A stretch of DNA of 64,000 nt from a virus (IMGVR_UViG_3300048033_000725:5037-69036); one strand, 5' to 3'. Shown: positions 18,388-27,553, counted from the first letter of the stretch. Notes: a model not told the origin generated them from the letters alone. A program made the numbers and translations.

Positions 18388-18446
18388 TTTGTTCTCCTTT
18401 AAAAAAAAGCAAGATTAGTTTATTGTACCCTTACGGCGTACAACAG
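18388..18446 (-). promoter_or_regulatory. ROSE-like RNA thermometer candidate in the hsp20 5' UTR
   Basis: 5' hairpin TTGTAC...GTACAA, then TCTTGCT-T-rich loop-AAGGAGA (Shine-Dalgarno). Confidence 0.55.
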
Positions 18447-18454
18447 TATTTATA
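18447..18454 (-). promoter_or_regulatory. T4-type late promoter TATAAATA
   Basis: Exact consensus overlapping the dUTPase stop codon. Confidence 0.7.
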
Positions 18455-18968
18455 CACCAGTCGAACCAAAACCACCATCTCGGTCAGTTTTTTGTGCTGG
18501 TGAATTTTGCAGAGGCATGATTGCAAAGTTTGGTTGATATACCAGTTCTGCTTGACAGATACGTTCACCATTTTCAATAGTGACTTGTGTATCTGAGATA
18601 TTTGTAATCATTGCGAATACTGGGTCAACGTAATCTTCATCAATTACACCTTCTGCATTTGCAAGAACAAGTCCTTGCTTCAGTGACAAACCAGACCGTG
18701 CATGTAATCGTACACTACACTGGTTTGGAATGTCAAAGATTAGTCCTGTCGGTACTAGATACCGAGCGCCAGGATGAATGGCAAGTTTACCATTAACAGC
18801 AAACGATTCCAATTTTGCATTCATAGAACTGTAGCATTTAATTTCAGTATCTTCTGGAATATATGCATGTAAGTCAAAACACGCACTGCCTGATGTTGCT
18901 ACCACAGGGTCTTTTACGTCATCATTTAGTTTATAGTAACCAAGAGGTTGCTGTACAGTCAATTGCAT
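18450..18968 (-). CDS. dut: Trimeric dUTPase
   Basis: SACFDL, ARSGL, GVIDEDY, RDGGFGSTG. Confidence 0.95.
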   Translation of the reverse strand: MQLTVQQPLGYYKLNDDVKDPVVATSGSACFDLHAYIPEDTEIKCYSSMNAKLESFAVNGKLAIHPGARYLVPTGLIFDIPNQCSVRLHARSGLSLKQGLVLANAEGVIDEDYVDPVFAMITNISDTQVTIENGERICQAELVYQPNFAIMPLQNSPAQKTDRDGGFGSTGV

Positions 18969-18971
18969 AAT

Positions 18972-19376
18972 TTAAGATGCCTTCTTTTTTCCAATGTTAT
19001 ATTTTGCCACAAGTTCCCAAGAATTTCGTTCTTTGTGCGGAAGAATTTTAATCTGAGATAGTGGTGCAATAGGTTCTGCAATCTTATCAGCATCAGTAAC
19101 AGAAATCAATTTCCATTCGACAAGAAGATTTACAATCGTATTTCGCCGTGCAATATCACCCTCAGCGAAATTGCTAGGCTTGCCATCCAGACCAAAAAGT
19201 TCTTTGAAGTGTACGATATAATACTTACCTTTCTTGTGCAAAATATGACAAGACTGGTACAGTTTTTTATCTTTTCTCGAGGCGACACCAATTCTGGTTA
19301 GCGTCTCTCGCACCTTGAGAAAGTCATCTTCTTTCTCCAACTTCACCTCAACTAGGTCTTCTACTACTACGTTCAT
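18972..19376 (-). CDS. regA: Translational repressor RegA
   Basis: DFLKVRETLTRIG, LYQSCHILHK, YYIVHFKEL. Confidence 0.96.
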   Translation of the reverse strand: MNVVVEDLVEVKLEKEDDFLKVRETLTRIGVASRKDKKLYQSCHILHKKGKYYIVHFKELFGLDGKPSNFAEGDIARRNTIVNLLVEWKLISVTDADKIAEPIAPLSQIKILPHKERNSWELVAKYNIGKKKAS

Positions 19377-19768
19377 TTCATCAATCCACCTTTATTTAAT
19401 TTATTTTTTATTTCATTAATATGTTCATTAGTCAGAATTTTCGCCGCCTCTTCAGCCTTTGAGCGACTATAACCGTAGAACTCCTGTATCATAGATAACT
19501 CTGCGTTTTTCTCTGGTTTAATCCATTTAGAAAACCGCTTACGCTTTCTAATAGTATTTAGCAGGAATTCATACTGTAGAATTTTATCTGCTCCAGAACG
19601 AAAGTTCATCTCATTTGCCATACCGACAGTATCTTCAAAATACGATAATGAACGGTTTGCAAGAAATGGTTCATAACCTTTTTCTGCAAGTTCGTCATTT
19701 TCAGTATCTCTCATAAGATTTGTCTTAGTGAGATTGATACTATTAACATATTCAAAAGGGTTACTCAT
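19373..19768 (-). CDS. 62: Clamp loader small subunit (gp62)
   Basis: NRSLS, QYEFLLNTIRKRKRFSKW; synteny 45-44-62-regA. Confidence 0.9.
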   Translation of the reverse strand: MSNPFEYVNSINLTKTNLMRDTENDELAEKGYEPFLANRSLSYFEDTVGMANEMNFRSGADKILQYEFLLNTIRKRKRFSKWIKPEKNAELSMIQEFYGYSRSKAEEAAKILTNEHINEIKNKLNKGGLMK

Positions 19769-19779
19769 TATATATGCTC

Positions 19780-20718
19780 CTAGTTAAACTCACATTCAAC
19801 CATGATTTCGGTTAGACATGCTACAAGATTAATTTCTTGGTCTGCAACAAATGCGGATTTGTATTGATAATCTGCAAGTGTTACAACCAATTGGGGGATT
19901 GACCGTGACGCAACATGTGTTGACGCACCATCATATAGTTTGCGAAACAATTGGGCTGGGTCATTATCCAGATTTAACGCAACCCATTTGCGAACCTCTT
20001 TGAAGTTTTTGGTCTTCAATTCTCGCACGAGGTCTTTGAAGTTTGCATCACTCGATACCTGCAAGATACCTTCATCAATGACACCACTCGCCCCATATCG
20101 CTGTAGTTCATTTAGAATACGGCGATTGTCTGGGAAGTGTCGATTGATTAGTTCAGCAACAACCTTATCATTCGCCTGTACTTCTTCTGTTTTAAGTACA
20201 GTCAAAACTCGCTTAAAGAATTGACCTGCAAGTTTTGGTTTCTCTGCATTATCAATTTTAAAATCAATTACAGAACACCGACTGTGCAGAGGCGCAATGA
20301 TACGGTTCTTAAAGTTGCATGTGAGAATAAAAGAACAGTTCTTAGAAAACTCTTCAATAAACCCACGCAACGCTGGCTGAGTAGACTGTGGATTGAGATA
20401 GTCTGCCTCATCCAGAATAACAACTTTACGACCGCCACCAAGAGAAACAGTAGAAGCAAAGTTTTTGATATCGTTGCGGAGTGTATCAATACCACCGTTC
20501 ATAGAACCGTTGATAACGATATAATCAGCACCGATTTGCTCACACAAGGCACGGGCAACAGTAGTCTTACCAGTACCTTGTGTGCCAGACAATAGAAGGT
20601 TTGGTAACTCTTCATTGTCTACAAACTCCTGAAATGTCTTTTTTAGACCTGCAGGAAGAATAGTATCTTCAATTTTTGTCGGGCGATACTTCTCAACCCA
20701 AAGAAATTCATCACGCAT
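19780..20718 (-). CDS. 44: Clamp loader large subunit (gp44)
   Basis: LWVEKYRP, GTGKTT, ILDEAD, SRC. Confidence 0.96.
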   Translation of the reverse strand: MRDEFLWVEKYRPTKIEDTILPAGLKKTFQEFVDNEELPNLLLSGTQGTGKTTVARALCEQIGADYIVINGSMNGGIDTLRNDIKNFASTVSLGGGRKVVILDEADYLNPQSTQPALRGFIEEFSKNCSFILTCNFKNRIIAPLHSRCSVIDFKIDNAEKPKLAGQFFKRVLTVLKTEEVQANDKVVAELINRHFPDNRRILNELQRYGASGVIDEGILQVSSDANFKDLVRELKTKNFKEVRKWVALNLDNDPAQLFRKLYDGASTHVASRSIPQLVVTLADYQYKSAFVADQEINLVACLTEIMVECEFN

Positions 20719-20743
20719 AGTTCACCTCATAATATAATTTAGA

Positions 20744-21409
20744 TTAAGCAGTATAGGTCGAAGCAGATTCCGTGGTGATGAAATATGTCACCTTAGACCC
20801 AGTCCAACGACTAATACCCTTAGATGTAATTTCTACATCATAGTCACCTGCAATCATTTTGAGGTTTTCAGTACGGAAAATCATTTTGAAAACTGCGCTA
20901 GTCTCAGCACCAACTTCAACATCAAATGTGTTTGAAGTAGAGTTTTTACTATCGAATGCAGTCAAAGTGATTTCGCCATTTGAACCAACAACAGCAACCT
21001 CTGGTGCAGACAAAATAGATGCCGCACGAAGGACTTCTGCAATCTGACCCTGAGTTACACGGAATTTGATTTCTGCGCTTTCCAAGAGAGGTGATAGGTC
21101 TTTGTCTGGTGGCGTGACAATCATTGATTTGTCAGTGTAGTAATATGTTGACTTGTTCTTACCCGAAGAAACAACAACAGAGTTTTCACCAAAATCGAAT
21201 TCTGGGTTTTCAAACAAAGAGATTGTTGCGAGAAATTGGTTCAAGTCATAAATCGCAAATGGTACATCAAAGGATTCTGAAACATCTGCTTGGGCAAGAA
21301 TGTTTTTTTGACTACTCACTGTTCGCAATGCACCACCTTCAACTGCGATGCCTGTGTTGATGGTGGAAAAGTTCTTCAATACGCTCAAGGTATCATTACT
21401 GATTTTCAT
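20744..21409 (-). CDS. 45: Sliding clamp (gp45)
   Basis: LKNFSTIN, FAIYDLNQFL, ENLK...GDY. Confidence 0.94.
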   Translation of the reverse strand: MKISNDTLSVLKNFSTINTGIAVEGGALRTVSSQKNILAQADVSESFDVPFAIYDLNQFLATISLFENPEFDFGENSVVVSSGKNKSTYYYTDKSMIVTPPDKDLSPLLESAEIKFRVTQGQIAEVLRAASILSAPEVAVVGSNGEITLTAFDSKNSTSNTFDVEVGAETSAVFKMIFRTENLKMIAGDYDVEITSKGISRWTGSKVTYFITTESASTYTA

Positions 21410-21837
21410 AGGGATTCTCCGTTCATAATTTTGTTTGCGTCTTCTAATGTAGATTTAATCCACTTAGCACACTCTTTTGCGGTAAATGCTTGCTTATCAA
21501 CAGCAGGCAATCTATCATCTTGACCAATACCTCTAATCACAGATGCAGATAGCATCATAGCAGAGGACATAATCAAGGCAACATGTGGTAGACCGCTACC
21601 ACCTTCAGCGTCATCATAATCGTGACCACGCTCAAAGTCTTCAATATGTCGTTTCAGACTATCAATCATTTGTTGGTAGGGTAGACCCTTTTCCCAATTT
21701 CGATTGTCATATTTTTGGGCACCATATTCAAGTGCGGCGGCACCTGCCGCTAATGCCTCTAAGGGCAACTGTCGAAAGTAAGGTACACCAATTGCTTCAC
21801 GCATTGCACCAGTTTCTGATTTATTCCAATTACTCAT
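21406..21837 (-). CDS. dATP/dGTP diphosphohydrolase-domain protein (DUF5664-like)
   Basis: TGAMRE, GAQKYDNRNWEKG, SLKRH, SGLPH. Confidence 0.75.
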   Translation of the reverse strand: MSNWNKSETGAMREAIGVPYFRQLPLEALAAGAAALEYGAQKYDNRNWEKGLPYQQMIDSLKRHIEDFERGHDYDDAEGGSGLPHVALIMSSAMMLSASVIRGIGQDDRLPAVDKQAFTAKECAKWIKSTLEDANKIMNGESL

Positions 21838-21861
21838 TTTTTCTCCATAATCAATATAACC

Positions 21862-21890
21862 ATAATAGCAGGTAATGGGAGGAATGTCAA
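21862..21890 (-). promoter_or_regulatory. sigma70-type promoter
   Basis: TTGACA-17-TATTAT, with the -35 box inside a GGGAGG/CCTCCC inverted repeat. Confidence 0.75.
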
Positions 21891-21908
21891 CCCTCCCTCC
21901 AATCGAAT

Positions 21909-23066
21909 TTAGAAGGGTGCATATTCTTCAACTGCACCTTCTTCTTCTGTGGTACCGACTTCACCATCGACCTTAGTGTAAAGGTCGAGAAATGAGGTCT
22001 TAGTTTCTTCATCAAAGCGGTTCACACACAGTTCAATGGCTTTCATTTTGTCACCAAAGATTGAGTATGCTTTCACAATGTGAACCAGACGGCGGGTTGC
22101 GATAATCTCATCAACGCCACCCTCATAGAAGGTCTTGCGAATGATATCAGCCCAATCGACCAACTTACCGATGAAGCCATCATCTTCAAGGTTCAGACTA
22201 TCGAAAACCTTCTTCAGGATTTTCTTTTCAACTGTATTGCTGGCATATTCTTGCTCAACAGTAATCGGGAAACGCTCAAGGAACGCTTCATCAAGGATTT
22301 GAGCGGCGATGAAACGACCGTCATCAGAACCCTTACCTTTAGTGTTGGCAGTAGCAACAATGTTGAAACCAGGAGCAGGTTCGACAATCTCACCAGTCTT
22401 TTTATTGATGTAAGGCTTGCCTTCTGCAATCGCCTGAATGGCAAGCAACTTGTTACCACCACGGTCGATTTCATCAAGAACTAGAACAGCACCACGGCGC
22501 ATCGCATTCAGTACAGGACCTTCACGATAGACCACGTTACCATTGACTAGTGTATTGCCACCAATCAAATCGTCTTCATCAGTTTCGATAGAGACAGACA
22601 CTTTAATCATTTCACGCCCAGAAGCGGCACATGCCTGTTCAACCATGAACGTCTTACCGTTACCAGACAGACCAGTAACCATGACAGGATAGAACATCTT
22701 AGAAACAAGAATGTTTTTCAAATCATTGAAGAAGCCGAAAGGCACATAGAGAGGGTCTTTCGCAGGAACGAAATTCTCAGTAACAGTCTGGGTCATAGTC
22801 GCAGGTTTCATTGGGATAACTGCGGCAGCCGCCATAGCAGGTGCTTCTACTACTGGAGCAGGAGTTGCAGTCTGTGGTTGATTAACCATCGGGAGGCGAT
22901 ACTGACCACGCCCGACACGGTTTTCGTTCTTGGTGAAGATAAAGCGTGGGCGCTTGGCACCAATCTCTTCAGCAAGGTCGCAGATTTCTTGCTTGGTAAC
23001 AACAGCACCGAATTTTTCGAATGCAGTTTCAACGAAGCGGGTTTGTTCAGAAGTAAGATTTTTCAT
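21909..23066 (-). CDS. CobS-like MoxR AAA+ ATPase
   Basis: GLSGNGKT, LDEID, ATANTKG, AFLERF; start at ATG 23066. Confidence 0.9.
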   Translation of the reverse strand: MKNLTSEQTRFVETAFEKFGAVVTKQEICDLAEEIGAKRPRFIFTKNENRVGRGQYRLPMVNQPQTATPAPVVEAPAMAAAAVIPMKPATMTQTVTENFVPAKDPLYVPFGFFNDLKNILVSKMFYPVMVTGLSGNGKTFMVEQACAASGREMIKVSVSIETDEDDLIGGNTLVNGNVVYREGPVLNAMRRGAVLVLDEIDRGGNKLLAIQAIAEGKPYINKKTGEIVEPAPGFNIVATANTKGKGSDDGRFIAAQILDEAFLERFPITVEQEYASNTVEKKILKKVFDSLNLEDDGFIGKLVDWADIIRKTFYEGGVDEIIATRRLVHIVKAYSIFGDKMKAIELCVNRFDEETKTSFLDLYTKVDGEVGTTEEEGAVEEYAPF

Positions 23067-23123
23067 AATATAGCCTCTTTCAGAGTTTTCACATTGGGAC
23101 ACTTTCGCCCCATCAACATATAC

Positions 23124-23152
23124 ATTATAGGCTATCTAGCCTAAGAAGTCAA
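23124..23152 (-). promoter_or_regulatory. sigma70-type early promoter
   Basis: TTGACT-17-TATAAT. Confidence 0.85.
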
Positions 23153-23319
23153 GGATTATTTTGGTTCTTTTGGTGGTTTTTTTGGTTTTTTTCATCAATG
23201 AGCATATCGAAAATCAGTTTCGTATTTTCAATCTGTTCTCGGTTGCCGTTTCGAACTGCCATCATATGATTATCATATGCCATACGAAGGTCTGGGTCGA
23301 GGTCTTTTCTTTCTACCAT
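23149..23319 (-). CDS. Small hypothetical protein (56 aa), below the ORF-track cutoff
   Basis: MVERKDLDPDLRMAYDNHMMAVRNGNREQIENTKLIFDMLIDE...; TGATG overlap with the upstream stop. Confidence 0.55.
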   Translation of the reverse strand: MVERKDLDPDLRMAYDNHMMAVRNGNREQIENTKLIFDMLIDEKNQKNHQKNQNNP

Positions 23320-25505
23320 CATGCCGCAATCTCCATCAAGCGGTTCAACAATACACGGTTCGCTGTTTTGCTTTTAGAGTTTTTCATAAACGCAGTACGC
23401 AGTTTTGCTTTACTTGCACCAGCATCAACTTGAAGACCATCATCATTGGTCATCATATCGTCACCACCAGGGATTAAGAAGTAAGACTGGAAGCCAGCAT
23501 TTTTCACTTCAAGGAACTTGTTGGTACGAATGCTTTTCACTACGTCTTGGTCATAGATACCGTAGCGGGCAGCCTGACCACGAATTTCACGAGGCTTGTT
23601 ATCCATCACAAAGAACCCGATTGTGTTTACGCCGCAACGGTCACCAATAATTTCGATTAGAGTGTTAGACAGTGTTCGGTCTTTAACCTGATATTGCTGT
23701 TTAGTGACAGTATCTTGAACAACCGTCTGGGTGCGATAAGAACCACAGTAAACACCAGCGGTTGCTTTTTCACCGGCATACTCGACAACAGCCTCCGTAC
23801 CGTGACTGTCGCCATCAGTTAGAACGACCAGATTAGCAATCTGAATGCGTGATGCCTCAACAAACTTTTTAATCACTGAAGGCATACAAAGCAATGCATC
23901 ATCAAGAGGTGTACCACCCAGACCCAAAGGCTGTGGGATAAAGAATGAATAGTAACGACCATTTTCAAGACATTCACGCATTGCCATCATACCGAGGCAA
24001 GCATCGTTAAAATCAGAGAGTTTCATTTTGCTATCAAACAAGGTCATCAAAGCAAACTCACGGTCACCAGGAACAAGGGTACCAACTGGGTTTTGAAGCA
24101 ACTTTTCTTTAATCGCCTTGTAGTCTTGTGTTTCACCATAACCATAGTAGTGGTCACTGAAAGCATAGACTTCAAATGGGATTTTAACTTTTTTGCAGAA
24201 CATTACGAGGTTCAGCAACTGGTCGATTGTTGAAGACATGTTTGGTGCCATAGAACCAGACCAATCAAGTAGCATTACGAACCCGTGGTTCTTGCCACCT
24301 TGAATTGTAGTAACACGCTTAAAGAGGTCATCATTATACTTGTATGAGAAGATTTTCGCCATATCAAGTTCACCAGATTTTGCAGTGGTTGCCCGCTTGA
24401 ATTCGTCTGCCTTTTTACGCATTTCGAATTCTTTGACCATGTAGTTCACGACCTTCTGGTTTGAAGCACGCCACTCAGTCCACTTGGCTGTGATAGTGTT
24501 TTTGATTGATGGGTTGTCTTGCCAAATTTTTCGGTATTGCTTATTCACCTCAGCAAAGGGAACGACAAAATCTTTGGCATCAACAGTACCCATTGTCAAA
24601 TACTGATATTCTTTACCAGTGTTTTTGATAAGAGAACCTTCGTTTTGACGGAATGCTTTATCAGTCTGACTTTCAACAACCTCTTCAGGAGAAGTTGGTT
24701 CATCATTATAATCATCAAGGTCATAGTCATCATCTTCATAATCACCGTAACCTGCACCGTCTTCATCACCGTCTTCATCAGAAGCAGTGCCTTGACCATT
24801 CATATCAAAATCTTCTTGGTCACCCTCATCATCACCGTTCGCATCAGAACCGTCAGTTTGAGTATCTTCATTTTCTTGGGCGTCATCATTTTGAGCGCCT
24901 TTAAGAAGTTCCTCAACTTCATCTTCTAATTGCTCTTCAGCCTGTTCGATTTGCTGACCGTAAAGAGTTTCGGCAATCTCAACAACATCATCCCAAGTCT
25001 CAGCATTGGCAATTTTTTCAACCCACTCAGCCTCTTTACCCTCAAACTTGAGATTTACAAGAGTACCGAGTTTAAAGTGAAGATTGATACGGTCAATGAA
25101 AGCCATTTGAGTGATATCAGTACCAGCGATGCCGAAGAAATCACGCTGGAGCAAATCTGCATACCCCTCACGATATGCTTTCGCAAGACCGGGGTATTTT
25201 GCTTTAATCTTCTTTTCAATCCGAGCGTCTTCAATGACGTTCAGGTAGCCTTTCATTACACCAGACTGGTCATTAACAACGGCATCATGCCACCCATCTT
25301 CTGGAGTCCAGAGGGCGTGCCCAACTTCGTGGCTTGTCATCAAATCATAGAGATTGACGTTCAGACCGTCTTCTAAATTAGGAAGAGTAAGAACACGATT
25401 TTTAACATCAAACATCGCAGTTGGGACGTTTTGATGCTGTACAGTAATATTCTCTGTCGCCATTAGTTTGGCGAGTTGAGATTTTGTATTTGCTAGTTTG
25501 TTCAT
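23319..25505 (-). CDS. CobT-like protein: HExxH peptidase-like N-terminus, acidic linker, VWA domain
   Basis: HEVGH, NVIEDARIE, MIDAS DWSGSM...GGTPL...LTDG; start at ATG 25505. Confidence 0.85.
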   Translation of the reverse strand: MNKLANTKSQLAKLMATENITVQHQNVPTAMFDVKNRVLTLPNLEDGLNVNLYDLMTSHEVGHALWTPEDGWHDAVVNDQSGVMKGYLNVIEDARIEKKIKAKYPGLAKAYREGYADLLQRDFFGIAGTDITQMAFIDRINLHFKLGTLVNLKFEGKEAEWVEKIANAETWDDVVEIAETLYGQQIEQAEEQLEDEVEELLKGAQNDDAQENEDTQTDGSDANGDDEGDQEDFDMNGQGTASDEDGDEDGAGYGDYEDDDYDLDDYNDEPTSPEEVVESQTDKAFRQNEGSLIKNTGKEYQYLTMGTVDAKDFVVPFAEVNKQYRKIWQDNPSIKNTITAKWTEWRASNQKVVNYMVKEFEMRKKADEFKRATTAKSGELDMAKIFSYKYNDDLFKRVTTIQGGKNHGFVMLLDWSGSMAPNMSSTIDQLLNLVMFCKKVKIPFEVYAFSDHYYGYGETQDYKAIKEKLLQNPVGTLVPGDREFALMTLFDSKMKLSDFNDACLGMMAMRECLENGRYYSFFIPQPLGLGGTPLDDALLCMPSVIKKFVEASRIQIANLVVLTDGDSHGTEAVVEYAGEKATAGVYCGSYRTQTVVQDTVTKQQYQVKDRTLSNTLIEIIGDRCGVNTIGFFVMDNKPREIRGQAARYGIYDQDVVKSIRTNKFLEVKNAGFQSYFLIPGGDDMMTNDDGLQVDAGASKAKLRTAFMKNSKSKTANRVLLNRLMEIAA

Positions 25506-25537
25506 AATGTATCTCACTCTTTTCACTCTATATATGC

Positions 25538-25566
25538 ATTCTACATGGCATAAACAAAGAAGTCAA
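25538..25566 (-). promoter_or_regulatory. sigma70-type early promoter
   Basis: TTGACT-17-TAGAAT; shares AAAATAATCCTTGACTTCTT with the promoter at 23124-23152. Confidence 0.8.
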
Positions 25567-25626
25567 GGATTATTTTGGTATTTTTCAAACTTTTTTTGGA
25601 AGCAGAAAAACCCCATCAACACTACT

Positions 25627-25655
25627 AATATAGTGCATGATGAGGCATTTGTCAA
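25627..25655 (-). promoter_or_regulatory. Second, tandem sigma70-type promoter
   Basis: TTGACA-17-TATATT. Confidence 0.55.
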
Positions 25656-25679
25656 GGGTGTGAACCAAATTAATTTGGT

Positions 25680-26363
25680 TTATTTGATAGCGATTGCACC
25701 CACGAACAAGTGGTTCTGCCAGAACGTCTGAACACTTTCGAAACCAGCAATCTCAAGCATTTCATTAAGTTCAGACCATGTGTTGGGTTTGAGCATGTGT
25801 CGTAGTGTTTGCTCTTTATCCATGATATCTTCGGCTTCGAAACTCTCACGCTTGAAATCGTAGTACATGAAAGTAAGCATGTCTTGTACCTTTGAGGAAC
25901 AGGAATATGTCTTTTCACCAAAAATAAATGCACCACCTGGATTCAGTGCTTCGTACACTTGGTTAAGTGTTTCTTGTCGGTCTGCACGAGGCATGAACTG
26001 CAAAGTGAAGATTGAAGTAATCAGAGATGCATTGTACATATCTGCATTACGAATATCTTCACTTTGCAACTCAAGGTCATCGGTCTCATATTCCATCATA
26101 CGCTTCTGCATATCTTCATAGAAACCAGCCGCACATTCAATACCAACGTAATGTGCGTCTGGTGCGAAAGTACGATTTTGGTCAATCATTGCACCAAGTG
26201 TCTTACCTGTCGAACAACCCAAGTCATATACATGTGTGTGGTCTTCAACAAAGTATTGTGACATTTTTACAATATCATCGTGTAGTGTAGAATAGTGACG
26301 AATTGATTTGTCAATGTGGTTATCGAAACCCTCATCACGGTGTGCAAAAGTAAAATCAGCCAT
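25680..26363 (-). CDS. cmoA: CmoA-like carboxy-S-adenosylmethionine synthase
   Basis: FDNHIDKSIRHY, VYDLGCSTG, FTLQF, LNPGGAFIFGEK, and C-terminal similarity to CmoA. Confidence 0.8.
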   Translation of the reverse strand: MADFTFAHRDEGFDNHIDKSIRHYSTLHDDIVKMSQYFVEDHTHVYDLGCSTGKTLGAMIDQNRTFAPDAHYVGIECAAGFYEDMQKRMMEYETDDLELQSEDIRNADMYNASLITSIFTLQFMPRADRQETLNQVYEALNPGGAFIFGEKTYSCSSKVQDMLTFMYYDFKRESFEAEDIMDKEQTLRHMLKPNTWSELNEMLEIAGFESVQTFWQNHLFVGAIAIK

Positions 26364-27495
26364 TATTAAATTCCTTTAGAATGTTCTCATATATTGAAGT
26401 AGCAACTGCTTTATACATCAATGGTGCAACTGCACGACCAAGACGCTCAACTTGAGCATCAAATTCACCTGTTAGAATATAATCTTCTGGGAAACCCATC
26501 AGACGTTTACATTCTTTGATTGTCAATTTACGATTTGCTTCTGGGTGAAACACACCAGACATACCACGCTTCTGACCTTGCTGAGTTAGAGTTGGAGAAG
26601 GCATATCAGGACACGGACGTATCATATTGAAACAACTTGCCTTCGGGTTCCAATCTCTAAACTGTGGGTCACTTGGTTTTGTGTGCTTTGGTGGGTTGAA
26701 CGGAAGAGGTTCAATAAACTTCTTCTGGTATGAACCCTCGACAAAATCAAGCAACATCTGAACTTCTTCTTCATCATTTTCAATATCAGCAAGTGCTTCA
26801 CGCATACTAATATGCTTTTCTATAGTCGGTTGAGGGAATACATTATGCAAATTCAACCAAGAGATACCAACTTTATCGCATACATCTTCACGAACACAAA
26901 TAAAGATTGTGCGTTCTCTTGCTTGAGGTACACCATAATTTGCACCATTCAAAACTTCATAAGTTACATTATAACCAATCTCTTCGAATGCATTGATAAA
27001 CGCATTTAATTTACCTTTCGCTTCACCGAAAGTAATGCCCTTAACATTTTCTGCAACGATAACTTTTGGCTGTACACCTTCAGCAATGCGAATAAATTCA
27101 TAAAAGAGGTCTTCGATTGCGACTTGCTTTTTACCGTCTGAGTAGTTCTTCTCTTTACCCCAACCCTTTTCTCGCTTTCCTGCGACTGAGAAAGCAGAGC
27201 AAGGAGGTGAACCGTCAAGTATGTCGAGTTCGCCTTTAGCAACTCCCGCCATATTAAGAAAGTCTTCTGGTGTGTATTTTTTGATATCATCGACAAGTAC
27301 CTTTGTGTCAGGGAAGTTTGCAGTATATGTCTCCACTGCCGCCTCTACAAACTCATTAATCAAAAGTATGTTCGAACCAGCCAAACGATAACCAAGAGAC
27401 GAACCGCCGCCCCCTGCAAAGCAACTAATTGTAGTAAATTTTTTCTGAGATGATAGTGCTTTCACATCATCAACAGTATATTTTTCATATCTCAT
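26356..27495 (-). CDS. C5 DNA cytosine methyltransferase homolog; probable carboxymethyltransferase
   Basis: FAGGGG (I), GSPPC (IV), ENV (VI), QARER (VIII), RLMGFP (IX), GRAV (X; normally GNAV). Confidence 0.88.
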   Translation of the reverse strand: MRYEKYTVDDVKALSSQKKFTTISCFAGGGGSSLGYRLAGSNILLINEFVEAAVETYTANFPDTKVLVDDIKKYTPEDFLNMAGVAKGELDILDGSPPCSAFSVAGKREKGWGKEKNYSDGKKQVAIEDLFYEFIRIAEGVQPKVIVAENVKGITFGEAKGKLNAFINAFEEIGYNVTYEVLNGANYGVPQARERTIFICVREDVCDKVGISWLNLHNVFPQPTIEKHISMREALADIENDEEEVQMLLDFVEGSYQKKFIEPLPFNPPKHTKPSDPQFRDWNPKASCFNMIRPCPDMPSPTLTQQGQKRGMSGVFHPEANRKLTIKECKRLMGFPEDYILTGEFDAQVERLGRAVAPLMYKAVATSIYENILKEFNNG

Positions 27496-27500
27496 ATCAA

Positions 27501-27548
27501 CACTTTTCTGCGGTTATTTTAAGTATTATCGCACACTTTTATGCGGTT
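27501..27548. repeat. 15-bp direct repeat flanking the promoter -10 box
   Basis: CACTTTTCTGCGGTT (27501-27515) and CACTTTTATGCGGTT (27534-27548). Confidence 0.7.
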
Positions 27549-27553
27549 GTCAA
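27525..27553 (-). promoter_or_regulatory. sigma70-type promoter for the MTase-cmoA pair
   Basis: TTGACA-17-GATAAT with TG extension. Confidence 0.7.

Noticed and set aside
21406-21837. Z-base (2-aminoadenine) or deazaguanine genome
   Set aside because: No purZ, datZ, dpdA or que genes in the window; the hydrolase alone is not enough evidence.
25680-26363. CmoA homolog as a tRNA-modification auxiliary gene
   Set aside because: No cmoB partner in the window; coupling to a DNA C5 MTase with a motif-X Arg favours a DNA role.
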